From the NCBI GenBank assembly GCA_045537695.1, contig JAZSQB010000038.1, positions 30,206-94,205 on the forward strand: DNA of 64,000 nucleotides, read 5' to 3'. Numbering within the stretch: position 1 is the first letter of the stretch; each line of letters opens with the position of its first letter. A program made the position numbers and the translations under genes. Below, piece by piece: positions 57,276 through 64,000 of the stretch. The notes below the pieces were generated by a model. The model was given only the letters and a program-made list of their open reading frames with translations. It made no database searches and had not been told where the DNA came from. This DNA comes from Clostridia bacterium. GTDB taxonomy: Bacteria > Bacillota > Clostridia > UBA1381 > UMGS1253.

Positions 57276-58565
57276 ATGCCACAAACGAATAGAGCTTACA
57301 GAGCACAACCGCGCACCGGCAGAGAAAATAATGTCATTCGTTTGCAGCGCGCAAAAGCGCAGAAAACAAAGCAGAAACATACACCGTCGGCACAGCGTAG
57401 CAGCGGTAGCGGGACCAAAGGACTTTTGGATGTCATCAGCGGGAGCAAACGTTTAAAGCCGATGGATAAATCACTGCTACTGACCATTATTATTTTAGTT
57501 GTTTTTGGGTTGGTTATGGTTTTCTCCGCCAGTGCACCATCAGCGAGTGCATATCAGGGGAATGCCTATCACTATATCATCCGCCAGGCACTCTTTGCCG
57601 TGATGGGTATAGTGGGGATGTTCTTCTTCTCTATGTATGACTATCACAGACTGGGCAGGCTTGCACTGCCGATTTTAGGGGTTTCCCTGCTTTTGCTGCT
57701 TTCAGTATACATTCCGGGGTTGGGTATTGTGCGCAACAACGCGCGCCGTTGGATTAATCTCGGTATTGCAACGCTGCAGCCGTCGGAGGTTGTAAAGATT
57801 TCCATTATCATTTATTTTGCGTATGCGCTAAGCGTTATCAAGGATAAAATCCGTTTGTTCAAAGAGGGGTTATTAAAATTTTTGCTTGTTCTTGCAGTTT
57901 TTGCAGGCATTTTAATGGCAGAACCGCATTTGAGTGCGACGATGATTATCGGTATGACCGCTGTGGTAATGTTGTTGGTGGCGGGCGCGCGCATTTCGCA
58001 TTTTGCGTGGATGTCCGTACCGGTTATTGGTGTAGGTATTGGTTATATTGCGAAAAATCCGTACCAGTTAGAACGTATTGTTACATTTTTAAATCCTTTT
58101 GCGGATCCTGGGGACACTGGTTTTCAGGTTGTAAATTCTTTGTATGCAATTGGTAGTGGTGGCATTTTCGGCCTTGGACTTGGGCAAAGCCGACAGAAGT
58201 ATCTGTATCTGCCGGAGCCGCAGAATGACTTTATTTTTGCGATTGTCTGCGAAGAGCTTGGGCTGATTGGAGCGCTATTGGCGCTGACTTTGTTTGGCTG
58301 CCTGATTTGGCGCGGTTACCGCACGGCAATGACGGCGCCGGATTTGTTCGGCACATTACTCGCAACGGGTATTACCTCGCTTGTGGCTTTGCAGGTGCTG
58401 ATGAATGTGGCGGTGGTGACCTCTTCTATGCCGGCAACCGGTGTAGCACTGCCGTTTTTCAGCTATGGCGGTACATCGCTGCTGATTTTGCTTTGCAGTA
58501 TGGGCATTTTACTTAACATTTCGAGACAGTCGGTTGCAAAACCGTCGGAAAGTTCTAAATTATAA
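57276..58565 (+). CDS. ftsW: SEDS family peptidoglycan glycosyltransferase FtsW/SpoVE
   Basis: Multi-TM SEDS protein (QPSE, LPEP.NDFIF, LPFFSYGGTS). Strong GAAGGAGG RBS at the 57276 start, giving a 62-aa basic N-terminal tail. Confidence 0.92.
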   Translation: MPQTNRAYRAQPRTGRENNVIRLQRAKAQKTKQKHTPSAQRSSGSGTKGLLDVISGSKRLKPMDKSLLLTIIILVVFGLVMVFSASAPSASAYQGNAYHYIIRQALFAVMGIVGMFFFSMYDYHRLGRLALPILGVSLLLLLSVYIPGLGIVRNNARRWINLGIATLQPSEVVKISIIIYFAYALSVIKDKIRLFKEGLLKFLLVLAVFAGILMAEPHLSATMIIGMTAVVMLLVAGARISHFAWMSVPVIGVGIGYIAKNPYQLERIVTFLNPFADPGDTGFQVVNSLYAIGSGGIFGLGLGQSRQKYLYLPEPQNDFIFAIVCEELGLIGALLALTLFGCLIWRGYRTAMTAPDLFGTLLATGITSLVALQVLMNVAVVTSSMPATGVALPFFSYGGTSLLILLCSMGILLNISRQSVAKPSESSKL

Positions 58566-58582
58566 GCCGGGGAGGCAAATGT

Positions 58583-59689
58583 ATGAGAATTTTGTTGGCC
58601 GGTGGCGGCACCGCGGGGCACATTAACCCTGCACTCAGCATTGCGGATAAGGTGCGTGCGCAGGATCCGTCGGCGGCGGTATTGTTTGTCGGCAAGCGCG
58701 GAAATATGGAGGAGCGTCTGGTCGGCAAGCGTGGCTATGATATAGATTTTATTGATATAGAAGGCTTTAAAAAATCGCCGCTGAAAAACATCCGCGTGGT
58801 TTTAAAAACGCTTAAGGCGATTGAAGAAAGCAAAAAGATTATCCGCAAATTCAAGCCGGATGTGGTGGTAACCACCGGCGGATATGTCAGCGGACCGGTG
58901 ATGGTGGCGGCACATAAGTGTGGCGTACCATCCTTGATTCACGAATCGAATGTATATCCGGGCGTTGCCGTGCGTATGGCAGCCAAAACGGCGACACGCA
59001 TTGCGGTGAGCTTTGACAAGACCTATGAATTGATTCAGCAAAAGCACAAGTGCATCAAAACCGGCAACCCGGTGCGCGCAGAAATTCTGGAAACGACGCG
59101 TGAGGAAGCGCGCCGCGCGCTGCACATCAAGGATAAGCCGCTTGTGTTGGTTTTCGGCGGCAGCCTTGGCGCTCAAAAGCTTAATGAGGCGGTACTGGAT
59201 TATATTGAAAAAATACAGACGGCGGAAAATGTGCAGTTGATTTTTGGTACGGGCGAGCGCAATTATGCAGGCGTGATGCAGGTGCTGGCGCAAAAGGGCA
59301 TCAATGTACCGGAGTGCGCGCACATTAAGGTCTTGCCGTATATTTATAATATGAACGAAGCGATGGCGGCGGCAGATATCGTCGTATCCCGCGCCGGCGC
59401 GATTACGTTGGCGGAGCTGATGGCACTTGGTAAGCCGTCGGTACTGATTCCGTCACCCAATGTGGCATACAACCATCAGGAAACCAATGCACGGCAATTA
59501 GAGCAAAACGGTGCGGCACTGGTGCTTACCGAGGCAGAGCTGAGCGGCGAAAGACTGCAGGAAAAAATTGACCTCTTGCTTTCCGACAGCAAACAGTTGT
59601 ATACTATAGGAGAGAATGCTAAAAAGATGGGCGTGCGCGATGCATGCGATCAGATTTATGAGATTATAGAAGAAATTCGTTTGCGTTAA
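58583..59689 (+). CDS. murG: undecaprenyldiphospho-muramoylpentapeptide beta-N-acetylglucosaminyltransferase
   Basis: GGTAGHINPAL N-terminus and a GT28 C-domain (GGSLGA, SRAGA.T..E). Confidence 0.95.
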   Translation: MRILLAGGGTAGHINPALSIADKVRAQDPSAAVLFVGKRGNMEERLVGKRGYDIDFIDIEGFKKSPLKNIRVVLKTLKAIEESKKIIRKFKPDVVVTTGGYVSGPVMVAAHKCGVPSLIHESNVYPGVAVRMAAKTATRIAVSFDKTYELIQQKHKCIKTGNPVRAEILETTREEARRALHIKDKPLVLVFGGSLGAQKLNEAVLDYIEKIQTAENVQLIFGTGERNYAGVMQVLAQKGINVPECAHIKVLPYIYNMNEAMAAADIVVSRAGAITLAELMALGKPSVLIPSPNVAYNHQETNARQLEQNGAALVLTEAELSGERLQEKIDLLLSDSKQLYTIGENAKKMGVRDACDQIYEIIEEIRLR

Positions 59690-59755
59690 GCAAAGGAACC
59701 GAACGCAGATCCACAGCATACTATGGAATAGAGATAGAGCTGTGGGGGTGTTTTC

Positions 59756-61051
59756 ATGTCTGCAATTGTGGTGGAGGGCGGTCGTCGCCTTGAAGGTACA
59801 GTTCGGGTACATGGTGCGAAGAATGCGGTGCTGCCGATTTTGGCAGCAACGGTGCTTTGCGGTGGCGTGAGTGATGTGGAAAATTGTCCGGCACTCAGTG
59901 ACGTGTCGGCGACCGTGGAGATTTTGGAGCATTTGGGCTGCAGCGTGCAGCGCAGTGCGTCGCTGATTTCGGTAGATGCATCCGGTGCGTGGCGCAGTGA
60001 TATTCCCGAAATGCTGATGCGGCGGCTTCGTTCGTCGGTGATTTTTCTCGGCGCTATTCTGGCGCGCTTCGGCGAAGCATCCATTGCGATGCCCGGTGGG
60101 TGCGAGCTTGGACCCAGGCCGATTGATTTACATTTGTCTGCGCTTGCGCAGATGGGCGCGCAGATTCAGGAAGCGCACGGCATGATTCATTGCCGCTGTG
60201 CCCACTTGAAAGGCAGCGCGATTCACCTGGATTTCCCGAGCGTGGGCGCAACGGAAAACATTATGTTGGCAGCTTCGCTTGCAGATGGTACAACGGTGAT
60301 TACAAATGCGGCGAAGGAACCGGAAATTGAGGACTTACAGCTGTTTTTAAACCGGATGGGCGCGCGCATACAGGGCGCGGGTAGCGATACCATCCGTATT
60401 GATGGAGTTAAGCGTTTATATGCGGCACCGCACCGTGTGATGCCGGACCGCATCGTTGCGGCAACATATATGGCGTGCAGCGCGGTGTGCGGTGGTACGA
60501 TAGAACTTATGGACGTTTGCCCAGTGCATATGGAGGCGGTCTTATCCGTTGCGCGTCTCTACGGCGCAGATTTGCAGGTCGAGCCGAATCGACTGGTGCA
60601 TACGGCGCCAGCGCGGCTCAAGGCGGTGAAAATGATTCGGACGATGCCGCATCCGGGTTTTCCAACGGATGCCCAGGCACCGATGATGGCGGCGCTTTGC
60701 TATGCCGATGGCACCGGTATTTTTACGGAAACGATTTTTGAAAACCGCTTCAAGCACGTTACGGAGCTGACGCGCATGGGCGCGGATATTACAGTTGAGG
60801 GCAGAATCGCTGTGGTACGCGGCGTGGAACACTTAAGCAGTGCAAATATGTGCGCTATGGAGTTGCGCGGCGGTGCAGCGCTGGTGGTGGCAGCATTGGG
60901 GGCGCAGGGCACATCCCGAATTGAGAAAGCGCATTTTATTGAGCGTGGTTATGCGGGTTTGCCTGCGGATTTGTCTGCACTTGGCGCAAAAATCAGGAAG
61001 GATACAGAGGATGAACAGAGTGAGAAACAAACGCATAGTGTCTGTCCATGA
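59756..61051 (+). CDS. murA: UDP-N-acetylglucosamine 1-carboxyvinyltransferase
   Basis: EPSP-synthase fold enzyme: G.KNAVLPILAA, active-site Cys loop (PGGCELGPRPIDLH), FPTD.Q. It has a short acidic C-terminal tail overlapped by the ftsQ start. Confidence 0.95.
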   Translation: MSAIVVEGGRRLEGTVRVHGAKNAVLPILAATVLCGGVSDVENCPALSDVSATVEILEHLGCSVQRSASLISVDASGAWRSDIPEMLMRRLRSSVIFLGAILARFGEASIAMPGGCELGPRPIDLHLSALAQMGAQIQEAHGMIHCRCAHLKGSAIHLDFPSVGATENIMLAASLADGTTVITNAAKEPEIEDLQLFLNRMGARIQGAGSDTIRIDGVKRLYAAPHRVMPDRIVAATYMACSAVCGGTIELMDVCPVHMEAVLSVARLYGADLQVEPNRLVHTAPARLKAVKMIRTMPHPGFPTDAQAPMMAALCYADGTGIFTETIFENRFKHVTELTRMGADITVEGRIAVVRGVEHLSSANMCAMELRGGAALVVAALGAQGTSRIEKAHFIERGYAGLPADLSALGAKIRKDTEDEQSEKQTHSVCP

Positions 61052-61805
61052 CGACATTCGCGAACGGCATCGTAAGCGCCAGCTTCGCAAAAAGCGCACG
61101 CGGTTTGTGCTTTTTTGCGCCTTGATGGCGCTTTTACTGCTGCTCACGGCGTGTGCGATTGCGTTTTTGACGCCTTGGTTTTATATTTCCGAAGTGAATG
61201 TCATTGGTAATGAGCAGGTGCAAACGGCGGATTTGATTACAGCTAGTGGCATTAAAAAAGGCGAGAGCGTTTTTGCCGTACATTTGGGAAAGGTGGAGAC
61301 GCTTTTGGAAAAAGTACCGTATATTAAAACGGTGCAGGCAAAGCGCAAGCTACCGAAAACTATTGATTTGACTGTTACGGAAAGCCATGCAACGGCATCA
61401 TTTGAAAAAGACGGTCTGCGCGTTTGCATTGATGAGGTCGGCAAGGTAGTCTATGCCGGTGCTTTGCCGCCGGAGAATTTGATTTCTGTGACGGGGGTGG
61501 AGATTGGTACGTATGCGCTGGGCGAACCGCTCATAGTAGAGAATCAAAATGCATTTGAAACGGTGCTGGAACTCATTTCGATTGCGGAGGAAAACGGACA
61601 CCGCGCCGGTATACACAGCATTGACATTACAAAAACGGAGAATATCCGCTTTACGTATGGGCAGGGGCTTACGGTGATTTGTGGCGATGCGTACGATTTG
61701 TCGCGCAAAATACTGACCTTTATTGAGGTGGTTAGAGAGCTTCCGGAAAATGCAAAGGGTGAAATTGATTTACGCATAGGCAGTAAAGCATATTACCGAC
61801 CTTAA
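61011..61805 (+). CDS. ftsQ: cell division protein FtsQ/DivIB
   Basis: Basic N-terminus, one TM helix (FVLFCALMALLLLLTACAIAFL), then a POTRA domain (ISEVNVIGNEQV...). Start at ATG 61011 with AGGAAGG upstream. Confidence 0.8.
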   Translation: MNRVRNKRIVSVHDDIRERHRKRQLRKKRTRFVLFCALMALLLLLTACAIAFLTPWFYISEVNVIGNEQVQTADLITASGIKKGESVFAVHLGKVETLLEKVPYIKTVQAKRKLPKTIDLTVTESHATASFEKDGLRVCIDEVGKVVYAGALPPENLISVTGVEIGTYALGEPLIVENQNAFETVLELISIAEENGHRAGIHSIDITKTENIRFTYGQGLTVICGDAYDLSRKILTFIEVVRELPENAKGEIDLRIGSKAYYRP

Positions 61806-61982
61806 TGTGGAATAAATTTGCATAAAAACCGGTATAAAAACCGGAATTAACAAAAAATTTTAATAAATTTTTAATAATTTTGAAATTTACTATTGAATAA
61901 ATGAAAAAAATGTTGTACAATAATATTTGATTAAATATAGATGACATTTCAGTTACAGATGAAATATAAGGAGGAACTCACG

Positions 61983-63128
61983 TTGTTTGATATCGATGTG
62001 GAAACAAGCAAGGTTGCTAAAATTAAAGTTATTGGCGTTGGCGGCGGCGGTAACAACGCTGTAAACCGTATGATTGATGCCGGTGTAAAGTGTGTGGATT
62101 TTATCGCTGTAAACACAGATGCACAGGTTTTGAAGGATTCCAAGGCTTCTGCAAAGATGCAGATTGGTGAAAAGCTGACCCGCGGTTTGGGTGCAGGCGC
62201 AAATCCGGAAATCGGTGAAAAGGCTGCGCAGGAAAGCCGCGATGAAATTGAAGCGATGATTAAGGGCTCGGATATGGTATTTATTACTGCAGGTATGGGC
62301 GGCGGCACCGGCACAGGTGCGGCGGCTGTTATTGCCGGCATTGCAAAGGAAATGGGTATTTTGACCATTGCAATCGTAACCAAGCCGTTTACATTCGAAG
62401 GTCGTCCGCGTCTTTTGAAGGCAGAGGCCGGTATTGCGAGATTGCGCGAGAATGTGGATGCGATTATGACAATTCCGAACGACAACATTTTAAAGGTTGT
62501 TGATAAGAATACGACGCTTGAAAACAGCTTTTTGATGGCTGACGATGTATTGCGTCAGGGCGTACAGGGTATTTCCGATATGATCGTCGGTACCGGTTAC
62601 ATCAACGCAGACTTCGCTGACGTGAAGAGAACAATGGAAAATTCCGGCATTGCACATATGGGTGTCGGTGTTGCCAAGGGTGACAACAAGGCGACAGATG
62701 CCATCAAGATGGCAATCGAAAGTCCGCTTTTGGAAACTTCTATTCAGGGCGCAAGAAATGTGCTTGTTAACATTACCGGTGATAAGAATCTTACACTCTT
62801 TGATGCCAATGCAGTTATGCAGACGGCAAATGAGCTCGTAGATTCCGATGCTGAAATCATTTTCGGTGTGGTTATTGATGAAAACCTGGATGATGAAATG
62901 CGCGTAACGGTTGTGGCAACCGGCTTTGATGGTAGCCAGCGTCCAATGAAAAAGGAAGAGTCGGCGAAGGAAGAACCAAAGGGAGCAGAGGATAAGCCGG
63001 CGAACTGGTTTAGTGATATGATAACAAAGAAGGAAGAGCCGGAAGAAGAGCCGTCCTTCTCTCCGACAGCGAGTGTAGAGTTAGACAACGTAGATATTCC
63101 GAACTTCTTAAAGAATAAGAATTTCTAA
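61983..63128 (+). CDS. ftsZ: cell division protein FtsZ
   Basis: Tubulin signature [11 protein letters not shown] and the N-terminal block [17 protein letters not shown]. Start placed at TTG 61983, 8 nt after AAGGAGG, giving MFDIDVE. Conserved C-terminal peptide DIPNFLK. Confidence 0.96.
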   Translation: MFDIDVETSKVAKIKVIGVGGGGNNAVNRMIDAGVKCVDFIAVNTDAQVLKDSKASAKMQIGEKLTRGLGAGANPEIGEKAAQESRDEIEAMIKGSDMVFITAGMGGGTGTGAAAVIAGIAKEMGILTIAIVTKPFTFEGRPRLLKAEAGIARLRENVDAIMTIPNDNILKVVDKNTTLENSFLMADDVLRQGVQGISDMIVGTGYINADFADVKRTMENSGIAHMGVGVAKGDNKATDAIKMAIESPLLETSIQGARNVLVNITGDKNLTLFDANAVMQTANELVDSDAEIIFGVVIDENLDDEMRVTVVATGFDGSQRPMKKEESAKEEPKGAEDKPANWFSDMITKKEEPEEEPSFSPTASVELDNVDIPNFLKNKNF

Positions 63129-63135
63129 AATGTAT

Positions 63136-63163
63136 AAAAAGGACGGGTTGACCGTCCTTTTTT
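63136..63163 (+). terminator. intrinsic terminator after ftsZ
   Basis: AAAAAGGACGG-gttga-CCGTCCTTTTTT. Confidence 0.8.
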
Positions 63164-63178
63164 CATCAGAGGTTATGT

Positions 63179-63682
63179 ATGAAAGCGAATTTGGAAAATA
63201 TGTCCATGCAGGCGCAGTTTGAGCTGGCAAAGAAAAAGACAGCGGATATGGCTGCACGTGGAAGAAAAACAAAAAAAGAGCTGACGGACAAGCTTTTGCA
63301 CCAAGGCTTTGCGCCGGCTGTGTGCGAGGCGATTGTCGAGTGGGGGCAGGAATACTACTTCATAGACGATGCGGAATATGCGCGTGTCTACGTGGAAAAA
63401 GCGGCACAGAAGTACGGCAAACGCCGGATTGTGCAGGCGCTTCGGTTTAAAGGCATAGATGCCGAATTGATTGAGGATGCTTTTGCGGATTTCGATTTTT
63501 CCGAGACGGAAACGCAGCTGCAAACGGACGTAGCCAAACGGCTTTCGGGCAATTTTGAACGCAAAAACATCGAAAAGGTCATACGCCATTTTCTGGCGCG
63601 CGGCTTTAGCTACGATGCAGTTCGAAATGCCATAGATTTAGCAAAGCAGGATGTAGCGGAGGAGGATGACTTTGCATTATAA
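63179..63682 (+). CDS. recX: recombination regulator RecX
   Basis: 167 aa with repeated three-helix RecX-type units ([13 protein letters not shown]..., [10 protein letters not shown]..., [15 protein letters not shown]...). Confidence 0.85.
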   Translation: MKANLENMSMQAQFELAKKKTADMAARGRKTKKELTDKLLHQGFAPAVCEAIVEWGQEYYFIDDAEYARVYVEKAAQKYGKRRIVQALRFKGIDAELIEDAFADFDFSETETQLQTDVAKRLSGNFERKNIEKVIRHFLARGFSYDAVRNAIDLAKQDVAEEDDFAL

Positions 63683-64000
63683 AATTGCAGTTGCATCTCT
63701 GGGCTGTGCGAAAAATCTGGTGGATACAGAGAATATGCTCGGTCTGCTTTTAGAGCAGGGGCATAGTCTGACGGTGGATACTGCTGAGGCGGACATCATT
63801 ATCGTAAACACCTGTGGCTTTATAGGAGATGCGAAAAAAGAGTCCATTGACACCATTTTGGAGATGGCGGAATATAAAGAGACCGGCGCTTGCAAGGCGC
63901 TGATTGTGACCGGTTGTCTCGCGGAGCGCTACAAAGAAGAAATCTTAGATGCCATTGATGAAGTCGATGCCGTGGTCGGTACGGGCGATTTTGATCAAAT
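63672..64000 (+). CDS. rimO: ribosomal protein S12 methylthiotransferase RimO (5' part; runs off the window)
   Basis: The frame is open from TTG 63672 (GGAGG 6 nt upstream) to the window end. The N-terminal MTTase domain reads [17 protein letters not shown]...[10 protein letters not shown]...[11 protein letters not shown]. It is absent from the ORF track because there is no stop in the window. Confidence 0.85.
   Translation, partial: MHYKIAVASLGCAKNLVDTENMLGLLLEQGHSLTVDTAEADIIIVNTCGFIGDAKKESIDTILEMAEYKETGACKALIVTGCLAERYKEEILDAIDEVDAVVGTGDFDQ

Noticed and set aside
1-64000. Search for CRISPR arrays, IS elements or transposases, integrases, prophage genes, toxin-antitoxin pairs, restriction-modification or other defence genes, and rRNA/tRNA genes
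   Set aside because: I found none. There are no regularly spaced repeats and no ORFs with transposase, integrase or phage hallmarks. Every sizeable ORF is accounted for by housekeeping or conserved hypothetical families, and the gene order is largely syntenic with B. subtilis core regions.

Overview
This 64-kb window looks like a core-genome stretch from a spore-forming Firmicute, probably class Clostridia. That inference rests on spoIVB, remA, a PASTA kinase and gene order close to Bacillus subtilis. Almost every gene is on the + strand. I support about 60 protein genes and found no rRNA, tRNA, CRISPR array, transposase, integrase or phage gene.

Gene content, in order:
- dnaE, a small unknown ORF, pfkA, pgsA
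- a minus-strand lipoprotein-deoC-histidine phosphatase operon
- htpG preceded by a perfect CIRCE element
- spoIVB
- an FMN riboswitch followed by ribU
- plsX-acpP-rnc-radical SAM-smc-ftsY
- a UPF0182 membrane protein, a YitT-family protein, a ComB-like phosphatase, gltX
- a DeoR regulator facing a three-gene cassette (TIM-like, SIS, YjbQ-like)
- uvrC, pgeF, an orphan solute-binding lipoprotein
- a block matching B. subtilis yloC-yloS: yicC-remA-gmk-rpoZ-coaBC-priA-def-fmt-(Zn peptidase)-rsmB-rlmN-prpC-prkC-rsgA-rpe-thiN
- a dcw cluster: mraZ-rsmH-ftsL-PBP-murE-murF-mraY-ftsW-murG-murA-ftsQ-ftsZ
- recX and the 5' end of rimO

I did not find a convincing new defence, mobile or multi-gene system. 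The best candidate for undescribed biology is the DeoR-linked TIM-like/SIS/YjbQ cassette. Smaller points of interest:
- an FMN riboswitch with an enlarged distal P3 bounded by a 10-nt direct repeat
- CIRCE control of htpG
- a triple MraZ-box operator
- a terminator-like hairpin inside the dcw cluster
- a dcw cluster lacking murD and ftsA

Everything comes from reading the sequence and the supplied ORF translations. No database search was run.
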